The translations under genes and the position numbers were made by a program. DNA of 64,000 bases from Bacilli bacterium (GTDB lineage: Bacteria; Bacillota_I; Bacilli_A; RF39; UBA660): NCBI GenBank assembly GCA_045627525.1, contig JAZQNW010000011.1, positions 4,549 to 68,548 on the forward strand. The letters run 5' to 3'. Below, piece after piece: positions 9,756 to 19,341 of the stretch. Positions within the stretch are counted from its first letter, which is position 1. Each line of letters begins with the position of its first letter. A model generated the notes under the pieces. That model had not been told where the DNA came from and ran no database searches. It saw only the letters and a list, made by a program, of their open reading frames with translations.

Positions 9756-10922
9756 ATGAAAAAAATCAAAATAATTAAAATTGTTTTTTATTTTTTGTTA
9801 GTAGGATTAATTTTTTTTGTAGCTTATAATAAGATTAATTTTAAAAGTAATGGTGCTGTTAAAAAAGAGTATATTAGTCATGAATTATTCGGTAATTATT
9901 ATGATCAGGCTGACTTATTGCTAGAAAATATGTCATTGGAAGAAAAAGTGGGACAATTATTTTTAGTTGGTTATGATAGTGAATTAGCATCAAAACAAGT
10001 AAAAGAATATCATCCTGGGGGATTTATATTATTTGCTAAAGATTTTGAAAATCATACTAAGGATTCAATAAAAAGTGAATTGTCAAGTCTTCAAAAGAAT
10101 AGTAATATTCCACTTGCTTTGGGTGTTGATGAAGAAGGTGGTTATGTAGTAAGAGTTAGTAAATTTACTAATTTTAGGAATGAAAGATTTGAATCACCAA
10201 GAAATTATTATGATCAAGGTGGATATGAGCTTTTGGAAACGGTTGAAAAGGATAAAGCAAATTTATTGCTAAGTTTGGGTTTGAATTTAAATTTAGCACC
10301 TGTTGCTGACATATCTACAGATGAAAAAGATTTTATTTATAATAGAAGTTTTGGAATGGATGCTCATAATACGTCTTTATATATAAAAAATATGGTTAAA
10401 TATGCAAATGAATCTGGTATATCATCTACTTTAAAGCATTTTCCTGGATATGGAAATAATGTTGATACTCATACTGGAGTGGCTATTGATAACAGAAGTT
10501 ATGATGAATTTTTAACTAATGATTTTTTACCATTTGAAAGTGGAATAGAAGAAAAAGTTCCTGTGATATTAGTTTCTCATAATATTATTAATTGTATCGA
10601 TCAACAATATCCGGCGACTCTTAGTAAAAAAGTTATAGATATTTTAAGAAAAGATCTTAATTTTAGTGGGTTAGTTATTACTGATGATTTATCAATGGAT
10701 GCTGTTTCTAAATATGTAAATGATGGAACAGCAGCTGAATTAGCTATAAATGCTGGTAATGATATGATTATTACTTTCAATTTTGAAGAAATGTATTATA
10801 ATATATTAGAAGCGGTGCAAAATAAAAGCGTAGATATTGATGCTATTAATACAGCAGTTAGAAGAATATTAGCTTGGAAATTATCTTATGGAATTATGGA
10901 GGAGGTAAATTATGATTATTGA
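9756..10922 (+). CDS. GH3 beta-N-acetylhexosaminidase (NagZ-like), membrane anchored
   Basis: EEKVGQL, VDEEGG, NLAPVAD, KHFPG..DTH, ITDDLSM motifs; N-terminal TM. Confidence 0.88.
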   Translation: MKKIKIIKIVFYFLLVGLIFFVAYNKINFKSNGAVKKEYISHELFGNYYDQADLLLENMSLEEKVGQLFLVGYDSELASKQVKEYHPGGFILFAKDFENHTKDSIKSELSSLQKNSNIPLALGVDEEGGYVVRVSKFTNFRNERFESPRNYYDQGGYELLETVEKDKANLLLSLGLNLNLAPVADISTDEKDFIYNRSFGMDAHNTSLYIKNMVKYANESGISSTLKHFPGYGNNVDTHTGVAIDNRSYDEFLTNDFLPFESGIEEKVPVILVSHNIINCIDQQYPATLSKKVIDILRKDLNFSGLVITDDLSMDAVSKYVNDGTAAELAINAGNDMIITFNFEEMYYNILEAVQNKSVDIDAINTAVRRILAWKLSYGIMEEVNYDY

Positions 10923-12291
10923 TGTAAAAAAATTATATGAAGATATAGATAAATATATGGGTAAAGAAATTACTTTACAAGGATGGATTCGTAATCATCG
11001 TAAGCAAAAGGAATTTGGATTTATTGATTTTAATGATGGTACATTTTTTAAGACTACTCAAATAGTTTATGATGATAAATTAGAAGATTTTTCAGAAATA
11101 CAAAAATTAAAGATAGGTTCAGCTATTGAAGTTGTTGGAAATGTAATAGAATCACCAGCAAAAGGTCAAAAATTTGAACTACAAGCTGTTTCTGTAAAAT
11201 TATTAGGTGATTGTCCAGATGATTATCCTATTCAGCCTAAACGTCATACAAGGGAATTTTTAAGAGAGCAGGCATATCTTAGACCTAGAACTAATTTGTT
11301 TAGTGCAGTATTTAGAGTAAGAAGTGTTGCTGCTTATGCTATTCATAAATATTTTCAAGATAATGGATATGTTTATTTTCATGCACCTTTAATCACTGCT
11401 AGTGATTGTGAAGGAGCAGGTGAAATGTTTCAAGTAACTACTTTGGATTTGGAAAAAGTAGCTAAAAGTGGAAAAGTTGATTACAGTAAAGACTTTTTTG
11501 GAAAACAATCTGCTCTTACAGTTAGTGGACAGTTACAGGCTGAAACTTTTGCTTTATCATATAAGAAGACTTATACTTTTGGACCAACATTTAGAGCAGA
11601 AAATTCTAATACAAAAACTCATGCTAATGAATTCTGGATGATTGAACCAGAAATTGCTTTTTGTGATTTGGATGGCGATATGAAAATAATGGAGGAAATG
11701 TTAAAATATATAGTTAAATATGTGTTAGACAATTGTCCTGAAGAAATTGATTTCTTTGATAATTTTGTGGAAAAAGGATTAAAAGAAAAATTAAATAAAT
11801 TAGTAACAAGTGAGTTTGTTAGAATTGATCATAAAGATGTTATAAAAATATTAAAGGAAGCACCAGTAAAATGGGAATTTGAACCAGAATATGGTGAAGA
11901 TATAGCTAAAGAACATGAAAAATATATTACTGAATATTTTGGAGGACCTGTATTTATTAAAAATTGGCCAAAAGACATAAAAGCATTTTATATGAAATTA
12001 AATCCAGATGGAGAAACAGTTGCAGCAGTTGATTTGGAAGTTCCTGGAGCAGGTGAATTAATGGGTGGTTCTCAAAGAGAAGAAGATTATGAAAAATTGG
12101 TTAATCGAATGGATGAATTAAAGATGGATAAGTCTGGATTGGAATGGTATTTAAATTTACGTAAGTTCGGTGGATGCTATCATTCAGGATTTGGAATGGG
12201 CTTTGAAAGATTACTTATTTATTTAACTGGTGTTGAAAATATACGTGATGTTATACCTTTCCCTAGAACTCCTGGTAATTGTGACTTTTAA
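10912..12291 (+). CDS. asnS: Asparagine--tRNA ligase
   Basis: OB-fold N-terminus, LTVSGQL, FRAENSNT..HANEFWMIEPE, GFGMGFERL. Confidence 0.97.
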   Translation: MIIDVKKLYEDIDKYMGKEITLQGWIRNHRKQKEFGFIDFNDGTFFKTTQIVYDDKLEDFSEIQKLKIGSAIEVVGNVIESPAKGQKFELQAVSVKLLGDCPDDYPIQPKRHTREFLREQAYLRPRTNLFSAVFRVRSVAAYAIHKYFQDNGYVYFHAPLITASDCEGAGEMFQVTTLDLEKVAKSGKVDYSKDFFGKQSALTVSGQLQAETFALSYKKTYTFGPTFRAENSNTKTHANEFWMIEPEIAFCDLDGDMKIMEEMLKYIVKYVLDNCPEEIDFFDNFVEKGLKEKLNKLVTSEFVRIDHKDVIKILKEAPVKWEFEPEYGEDIAKEHEKYITEYFGGPVFIKNWPKDIKAFYMKLNPDGETVAAVDLEVPGAGELMGGSQREEDYEKLVNRMDELKMDKSGLEWYLNLRKFGGCYHSGFGMGFERLLIYLTGVENIRDVIPFPRTPGNCDF

Positions 12292-12367
12292 AATTACAAA
12301 TTAATTTTTGTAATTTTTTTTGTATAAAATTTATAGTTTTGTAAATGTTATTAATGGGAGGAATATT

Positions 12368-13003
12368 ATGAAAAAACTGTTAATTAGTTTATCTTTAGTT
12401 ATTATTTTACTTACTGGATGTGGAGTGAAAATGAATACTCCTACTGCCAAAGTAGAAGAGTTTTTTGGTAAATATCAATCAATGGATAGTTCTGTATTAG
12501 CTCAACTTGATAGTATTATTTCTAATGATGCGATGATGAATGATGAACAAAAAAATGACTATAAAGCAATTATGGAAAAACAGTATCAAAATATCTCATA
12601 TAAAATAAAAAATGAAGAAATAAATGGTGAAACAGCAACTGTTACTGCTGAAATAGAAGTTTTTGATTATGTTACGTCAATAAATGAATCAGAAAAATAT
12701 TATAATGAACATAAAGATGAGTTTATGAATAATAAGTCAGAAGAAAATGATTCTAAAAATGATGATACAAATACAAATGATAATGGTAATGACAAAGATG
12801 ATAATTCTATTGCTAACGAAGTTGGAGATTTGATTGATAGTAGTAGTAAATATATAGATTATAAAATTAAACAATTAAAAGATGTAACAAATAAGAAAAA
12901 ATATGACATTACGTTTTATTTAACTAAAGATAATGGTGAATGGATTTTAGAAAATATCAGTGATATTGATAGACAAAAAATACATGGATTATATGAAGAT
13001 TAA
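12368..13003 (+). CDS. Lipoprotein of unknown function
   Basis: Signal peptide with lipobox LLTGC; Asn/Asp-rich internal linker. Confidence 0.8.
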   Translation: MKKLLISLSLVIILLTGCGVKMNTPTAKVEEFFGKYQSMDSSVLAQLDSIISNDAMMNDEQKNDYKAIMEKQYQNISYKIKNEEINGETATVTAEIEVFDYVTSINESEKYYNEHKDEFMNNKSEENDSKNDDTNTNDNGNDKDDNSIANEVGDLIDSSSKYIDYKIKQLKDVTNKKKYDITFYLTKDNGEWILENISDIDRQKIHGLYED

Positions 13004-13127
13004 AAATACATTATGTATTTTTTTCTTTTTGTTAAAAAAACGTAAAATTTTTATTATTTAAATTAATATCTTTTAATTTGTTTTGTTTTTTGATATACTC
13101 GTTATAAGAGTAAAAGAGGGTGTTAAC

Positions 13128-14975
13128 ATGATAGGTAATATTATTGAAATAGTGGATAATAGAGTAACATTAAGCTTGGCTATTGATATTAATAAACAGC
13201 CTAATTTGGTTGGATTACATCTTGTTTTTGAAGATGGAGTTAAAAGAATAGCGGCTGAAATTGTTAATGTTACTAAAACAACTATGATTTCAAATGTCGT
13301 TGGAGAATTTACCAGTAACATGTTTATACCTGGTTCATCAAAAAGACCATCATTTAAATCTGTTGTTAGATTGATAAAATTAGATGAATTAGAATTAATG
13401 TTAGGTAATCAAAAAATAGGCCCTAATGAGACTAATTTTGGTACTAGTAATGTTTATGATGGTTATAAAATTAATGTTGATGTTAATGAGTTCTTTAGCA
13501 ATCATTTTTCTGTTCTTGGTAATAGTGGATCTGGAAAGAGCTGTACAGTTGCTTCAATTTTACAAAAATTATTTACTGGTCCTAGAACTCCTGTAAATTC
13601 TAATTTCTTTTTCTTTGATGCATATGGTGAATATAGTAATGCTTTTTCAGGATTACATAAAGCATCACCTAGTATAAACTATAAATCTTATACTACTAAT
13701 TTAGAAGCTACAGATGGAGAAATTTTAAAAATACCAGTTTGGTTACTTGATGTTGATGATATTGCTTTATTGTTAGATGCAGATAGTCCATCACAATTAC
13801 CAATAATTGAGAAAACATTAAAATTAGTTCCAATTCTTACTGGTAATTCTGATGCTGTAGTAAAAAGAAAAAATGATATTATAGCTAGAGCATTGCAGGA
13901 TATATTACTTAGTGGTAATGATTCTACAAAAATTAGAGATCAAGTTACAGCAGTTCTTACAAAATTTAATACTCCAGATCTTAATTTGGAAAGTACTATT
14001 GCACAGCCAGGATATGTTAGAAATTTAAAACAATGTTTATATATTGATAAGACTGGTAAAATGCAAGAAATGGAATTGGTTGTTGAATTTGTTAGAGGAT
14101 ATATTTTGGATGAGACAGAAGATATTCCTCCAGAGGACTTAAATCCATTTTATACTTTGGCTGATTTGGAATTGGCCATGGATTTTGCTCTTGTTAATGA
14201 AGGTATTTTGAAAAGTGAAAAAGTGTTTGATTATGCTAATATATTAAGTGTAAGATTACATACTTTAGTAAATAGTGATTATAAAACTTACTTTTCATAT
14301 CCTAATTTTGTTAATAGAGATCAGTTTATTCATGCTTTGTCTACTGACAGTGCAGGTAATAAGTGTCAAATTGTTAATTTTAATATAAATTATATAGATG
14401 ATAGATTGGCTAAAGTTATAACAAAGATTATTTCAAAAATGTTATTTAATAAAGCCAGTGTTACAATGCCTAGAGGAAGTAAAGCATTTCATATAGTAAT
14501 AGAGGAAGCTCATAGATATGTTATGAGAGATAGAGATGTTGATTTACTTGGATATAATATATTTGAACGTATTACTAAAGAAGGTCGTAAATATGGTATA
14601 TTCTTAGGATTAATCACTCAAAGACCTAGTGAACTTTCTGATACATGTATTTCACAATGTACTAATTTCGTTATTCTTAGAACACTTCATCCTAAGGATT
14701 TAGATTATATTAAAAATATGGTTCCTAATGTTTCTATGGAAATAGTACAGCAATTAAAAAATTTGAAACCTGGAAATTGTATAGCTTTTGGTAATGCATT
14801 TAAAGTTCCTGTTTCAATGTATATAGATTTACCAAATCCTCGCCCTATGAGTAATAATGTTGATATAGGTGCAGTTTGGTTTACACCTAACGTTAATACA
14901 TCTAATCAAGTTGTTCAAGCACCAACTACAAATAGATTTATTAATGTAAATAATGCTACACATGATGGAATTTAA
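13128..14975 (+). CDS. HerA-family ATPase (DUF87/FtsK-HerA superfamily)
   Basis: N-terminal HAS-barrel-like region, HFSVLGNSGSGKS Walker A, FDAYGEY, IEEAHRY Walker B, KEGRKYG arginine finger, TQRPSEL. Confidence 0.9.
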   Translation: MIGNIIEIVDNRVTLSLAIDINKQPNLVGLHLVFEDGVKRIAAEIVNVTKTTMISNVVGEFTSNMFIPGSSKRPSFKSVVRLIKLDELELMLGNQKIGPNETNFGTSNVYDGYKINVDVNEFFSNHFSVLGNSGSGKSCTVASILQKLFTGPRTPVNSNFFFFDAYGEYSNAFSGLHKASPSINYKSYTTNLEATDGEILKIPVWLLDVDDIALLLDADSPSQLPIIEKTLKLVPILTGNSDAVVKRKNDIIARALQDILLSGNDSTKIRDQVTAVLTKFNTPDLNLESTIAQPGYVRNLKQCLYIDKTGKMQEMELVVEFVRGYILDETEDIPPEDLNPFYTLADLELAMDFALVNEGILKSEKVFDYANILSVRLHTLVNSDYKTYFSYPNFVNRDQFIHALSTDSAGNKCQIVNFNINYIDDRLAKVITKIISKMLFNKASVTMPRGSKAFHIVIEEAHRYVMRDRDVDLLGYNIFERITKEGRKYGIFLGLITQRPSELSDTCISQCTNFVILRTLHPKDLDYIKNMVPNVSMEIVQQLKNLKPGNCIAFGNAFKVPVSMYIDLPNPRPMSNNVDIGAVWFTPNVNTSNQVVQAPTTNRFINVNNATHDGI

Positions 14976-15045
14976 ATAAAATACTTTTGTTTTTTTAATA
15001 AATATGATAGAATTGATTATTATAATCGATTAATTGGAGGTTAAT

Positions 15046-15483
15046 ATGGCTTTAAATAGATTTATTGATAAATTAGTAGGTGGAGAAGAAGAAACTGAGG
15101 TTACTCCTGAAGAAGAATTTTATTCTGTATCAAGAGAAGAATTTCAGTCAAAAAATGGTACAGGTAAAAGTAAAATGATGTTACTTGAACCTCGAGCTTT
15201 TTCTGAAAGTCAACAAATTGCTGATTATTTAAAAAGTAGAATATCAGTTGTTGTAAATTTAAAAAGGGTTACACCTGATCAAGCAAAAAGAATAGTAGAT
15301 TTTTTATCTGGTACTATTTATGCTATTGGCGGTAAAATGCAAAAATTAGGTGGAGGTATTTTCCTATGTGCACCTAATACTGTAAATATTGAGGGAGTTA
15401 TTAGTGATGAAAATCAAAATGCTAAGGCTTCAGCAAAATCTAAAAAAACTAGTACAAATGAAGAAGAAGACGATTTCTTTTAA
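15046..15483 (+). CDS. sepF: Cell division protein SepF
   Basis: [34 protein letters not shown] core motifs. Confidence 0.93.
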   Translation: MALNRFIDKLVGGEEETEVTPEEEFYSVSREEFQSKNGTGKSKMMLLEPRAFSESQQIADYLKSRISVVVNLKRVTPDQAKRIVDFLSGTIYAIGGKMQKLGGGIFLCAPNTVNIEGVISDENQNAKASAKSKKTSTNEEEDDFF

Positions 15484-15511
15484 GAGTTAGTTTTATTCTG
15501 AGGTGATCATA

Positions 15512-15943
15512 ATGGAAAAATTTAGTTATGAAGCTAATGGATATAATCGTAATGAAGTTAATCAATTTATATCTGATGTGATTACTCAGACAGAGGGTAT
15601 TATTTCTAAATGTCATGAACAATCTTCAGAAATTGAAAGATTAAAAAGTCAATTGAATCGTTATAATTCAATGGAAGATACATTAAAAAATGCGGTTATG
15701 AGAGCTGAGACAACGGCGAATGATATTAAGCAAGTAGCAAATAGAGAAGCAGAAATGATTATTACTAACGCTAAGCATAATGCTAGTAGGATTGTTAATG
15801 AAGCTTTACTTAAGGCTAATCACATTGAAAATAAGACAGAAATTTTGAAAAATAATACCAAAATATTTAAACGTAAGCTAGAACTAATAATGGAACAACA
15901 AAAGGCTGTTGTAGAAGAAATAGAAGTTTTAGAATTAGATTAG
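15512..15943 (+). CDS. divIVA: DivIVA domain protein
   Basis: KFSYEANGYNRNEVNQFI DivIVA motif and coiled coil; follows sepF. Confidence 0.85.
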   Translation: MEKFSYEANGYNRNEVNQFISDVITQTEGIISKCHEQSSEIERLKSQLNRYNSMEDTLKNAVMRAETTANDIKQVANREAEMIITNAKHNASRIVNEALLKANHIENKTEILKNNTKIFKRKLELIMEQQKAVVEEIEVLELD

Positions 15944-16009
15944 TGAAAGACAATTTAGTCTTTCTTTTTTTGTAATATTATGATATAATATGCGCCAATA
16001 GGTGATGTT

Positions 16010-18109
16010 ATGGGGACTAAAGAATTATTGAGTTTTTATTTGAATGAAAAAAAGGATATTGGTTCTTCTTATGATTTAAGTGCTTTAGAAACTTTAAATC
16101 GAGTTTTAAACGATGATGAATATTCATGTAATATTGATGATGTTCGTAATTTATTGGATTTTATAAATTGTGAAGATGTTAAGTTTAATTTATCTGATTC
16201 AGAGTATGTTTCATTATTAAAAAATCTAAAAGGAAGATTTGAGAGTTATTTAAACTTTGCAGAAGATGATTCTAATTTAACTTTACTAGCAATTAGTGTA
16301 GGTCAAAAAAAGAATGAAATTGTTAATAAATTTTATCAATTTGAAAAATTTGAACAAACACTTGTTAATAGTTCTCAAAAGAAAAAAGCACTTTTAGTTT
16401 CTTTATGTTATAGATCATATGATAGGAGCTTTTTAGACCAATATGGTGATATTTCGGTAACTGCATATGATGTTTGTAGATTTGTTAATTCATATGAGAA
16501 AACAGGAAAAATATTGAGTGCCTCACAAATAAAAAATTTACTTGATGGTTTTAGGCAATATTACTTAGACAAAAATGAATTATTGAATGAAGAAAAAGAA
16601 ATGTCATCAAGAATAAGAGAAAAATATTTACAATTTAGAAAGAAAAATTATACTGCATCAGTAAATAGATTTATTGCAAGTATTAATTTGCAAACTAGAT
16701 GCTATAATTTTAAAGGCATTTATGAACCATTTAATTATAAAATGTTTGAGCAAATAATTAATGGTAATAATTTATATGGTTTTGAATGGTTAATTAATAC
16801 TAGGTCTTTTAAAAACTATAGTAACGTTACTGGTTATACTTTAGAAAGCTCAGAAAAAGCAAGCGAACGTTATAGAAGCTCTTCTATTCATAGAGCAGCA
16901 ATTTACAATAGATATTATAAAAAATTATCTGATTATGAAAAAAATACTGGAGAGACAATGCAATATTTTATAAGAGAAAATGTTAGTCCTTATGATATGG
17001 ATGATTTTATGGATATAATGCGTTGGTATGAAAATAGAGATGATTTTAATGGTTGGAATTTAAGTCCTGAAATTTATGAAGCAACGGCATGTAAATTACA
17101 AAAGGATTTATATGAGAAATTAAAAAAATGTCGATTTAAGGATAGAAAAAAAGTATTTGAAAAGTATCTATTATATATAAAAGAAGATGGTATTGATAGT
17201 TATGTAAGTTCATCTAATCTTGAATTGATACTTTCTAAATATGAAGAAGAATATATAGAAGAAAATAGTGAAAATTTGTTTGAAGCTATAAAGAAAAAAT
17301 ATGATAAATTTAAAAATTTATTGGATACTTTAGAATATTTAGGATTAGATAGTAATCATGTTGAAAAAATATTTGAATTAGTTTTAGAGAAAGATCCTAC
17401 TAAGGATTCTGCCGTGAGATTAATAAGGAAAGCATTAGAAGTTGATACTGATTTTGAAAAAAGTGAACTTTCTGATGAAGAAAGATCAAAATTATCTAGA
17501 AAGTATTTGAGAAAGTTTTTGGATGGTAATTATACATCTTTAACTGATTTTTATGTTAGGGAAGGAACAAAAGTGAAAGCTCTTTTTATTGATTCAATTG
17601 CATATGTTAAAGATAATGATCCTGATCTTTATCAAGAATTTGTTGATAAAAAAGAATCATTATTAAGTAAGAGTATGAGTGATGAAATTCCTAATTTAGA
17701 AAATATTGTTAATGGTATTTGTAATGGTGTAAAAACAAAAGATGGCCACACTAGAGATTTTACTTATTTAGATTATTGTTTGATGACAAGTATTTCGCTT
17801 AATACTTTTATGAAGCAAGGTGTAAAGTATGCAAAAGAGCATGAGATGAATACAACTGTACTTTTTAATTTTCAAGAAAAATACGATATGAAAAATCCGT
17901 TTAGTTTAAAAGGCATTTTTAAAGAAAATTTTGTTTTTAAGATTAATGGGGAAGATCATAGTGTAACAGAAGAAGAAAAAATTATAGCTCTTGATTATAT
18001 AAGAGATAAGGAGCTACCTAGAGAATATAGAATTTTTGGTGATGTCGTTAAGGCACATTTAAGTGGTGAATTGTCATATGATGGTAAAATAAAAGTAAAT
18101 ATCAAATAA
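16010..18109 (+). CDS. Large hypothetical soluble protein
   Basis: 699 aa ORF, own TGATATAAT promoter and AGGTGA RBS; no family recognised. Confidence 0.75.
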   Translation: MGTKELLSFYLNEKKDIGSSYDLSALETLNRVLNDDEYSCNIDDVRNLLDFINCEDVKFNLSDSEYVSLLKNLKGRFESYLNFAEDDSNLTLLAISVGQKKNEIVNKFYQFEKFEQTLVNSSQKKKALLVSLCYRSYDRSFLDQYGDISVTAYDVCRFVNSYEKTGKILSASQIKNLLDGFRQYYLDKNELLNEEKEMSSRIREKYLQFRKKNYTASVNRFIASINLQTRCYNFKGIYEPFNYKMFEQIINGNNLYGFEWLINTRSFKNYSNVTGYTLESSEKASERYRSSSIHRAAIYNRYYKKLSDYEKNTGETMQYFIRENVSPYDMDDFMDIMRWYENRDDFNGWNLSPEIYEATACKLQKDLYEKLKKCRFKDRKKVFEKYLLYIKEDGIDSYVSSSNLELILSKYEEEYIEENSENLFEAIKKKYDKFKNLLDTLEYLGLDSNHVEKIFELVLEKDPTKDSAVRLIRKALEVDTDFEKSELSDEERSKLSRKYLRKFLDGNYTSLTDFYVREGTKVKALFIDSIAYVKDNDPDLYQEFVDKKESLLSKSMSDEIPNLENIVNGICNGVKTKDGHTRDFTYLDYCLMTSISLNTFMKQGVKYAKEHEMNTTVLFNFQEKYDMKNPFSLKGIFKENFVFKINGEDHSVTEEEKIIALDYIRDKELPREYRIFGDVVKAHLSGELSYDGKIKVNIK

Positions 18110-18152
18110 ATCTTGTAAAATGATTTTATTTATGATATATTTCTATATAAAG

Positions 18153-18360
18153 CAAGTGCGAAAGACGTAATATTAATTAATTTGTAGAGAGCTTGTGGAT
18201 GGTGAAAACAAGTATGAAATTAATATTAAGATCACTTTCAAGTTGTGATTTATGGATAAGATAAATACGGTAACGCGTTATAGTTATAAGTGTATAAGTT
18301 TTCTTATAAATTAAGGTGGTACCGCGAACTATTCGTCCTTATAGGCGAGTAGTTTTTTTT
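18153..18360 (+). promoter_or_regulatory. T-box riboswitch (Ile) with canonical terminator
   Basis: AGAGA bulge and GGTG loop, specifier ATC at 18231-18233, T-box AAGGTGGTACCGCG 18313-18326, terminator ACTATTCGTC/GGCGAGTAGT plus T-tract. Confidence 0.93.
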
Positions 18361-18380
18361 GTTTAAGAAAAGGAGGGAAT

Positions 18381-19331
18381 ATGTTTTTAAATATAATTTT
18401 ATTAATAGTAGGATTTGTAATATTAATAAAAGGTGCTGATTGGTTTGTTGATGGAGCTTCAAATGTTGCGATTAATTTTAATTTATCTAAAATGTTGATT
18501 GGTTTAACAATTGTTTCATTTGGTACATCGGCTCCTGAATTAGCCGTTAGTATTAAGGCATTAATTTCTGGCAATGGTGATATAGTTTTAGGCAATGTTA
18601 TTGGTAGTAATGTATTGAATATATTATTAATATTAGGAGTTGCTTCAATGGTTCATCCATTGACAGTAAAAAATAATACAGTAAAAAAAGAATTACCAAT
18701 TACGGTATTAATTACAACATTATTTGCAGTACTTTTATCAGATAATATATTTGATAAAGGTGTTATTAATTCATTTACTAGAAGTGATGGAGTGATATTA
18801 ATATTATTTTTCTTAATATTTATTTATTATTTAATTACGTTGATGCGTAATAAAGTAGAGGATGATAATAATTCTGAAAAGATGCCAATGATAAAAGCTA
18901 TCGGTTTTACATTACTTGGTTTATTAGGAATTGTTCTTGGAAGTAACTTTGTTGTTGATTCAGCAAGTTATTTAGCAAAGGCAATAGGCGTTAGTGAAAG
19001 AATGATAGGTTTAACTATTGTTGCTTTAGGAACTTCGTTACCAGAATTAGTTACATCTGTTGTTGCTACACGTAAAGGAGAATATGATATAGCTATAGGT
19101 AATGTTGTAGGAAGTAATATATTTAATATAGGTATTGTTGTTGGTATTCCTGTTGCAATATTAGGCGGTATTAAGTCTATTACGTTTAGTTATATTGATT
19201 TAGTTGTTATGGTTATAGCAGCTGGATTATTATATATATTTTCCCGTAATGATTATAAGATAAGTAAAAAAGAGGGAATTACGTTTTTAATTTTATTTGT
19301 TATATATTATAGTTATGTTATTTTAGGTTAG
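18381..19331 (+). CDS. Calcium/sodium antiporter (CaCA, YrbG-like)
   Basis: Two alpha repeats GTSAPELAVS/GTSLPELVTS and GNVIGSN/GNVVGSN. Confidence 0.93.
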   Translation: MFLNIILLIVGFVILIKGADWFVDGASNVAINFNLSKMLIGLTIVSFGTSAPELAVSIKALISGNGDIVLGNVIGSNVLNILLILGVASMVHPLTVKNNTVKKELPITVLITTLFAVLLSDNIFDKGVINSFTRSDGVILILFFLIFIYYLITLMRNKVEDDNNSEKMPMIKAIGFTLLGLLGIVLGSNFVVDSASYLAKAIGVSERMIGLTIVALGTSLPELVTSVVATRKGEYDIAIGNVVGSNIFNIGIVVGIPVAILGGIKSITFSYIDLVVMVIAAGLLYIFSRNDYKISKKEGITFLILFVIYYSYVILG

Positions 19332-19341
19332 GAGGATGTTT

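Noticed and set aside
13128-14975. HerA as an anti-phage system (Sir2-HerA, DUF4297-HerA)
   Set aside because: No effector or nuclease neighbour, and the context is not a defence island.
13073-18595. Minus-strand ORFs 13073-13321 and 18329-18595
   Set aside because: Antisense to HerA and the antiporter/T-box; no independent support.
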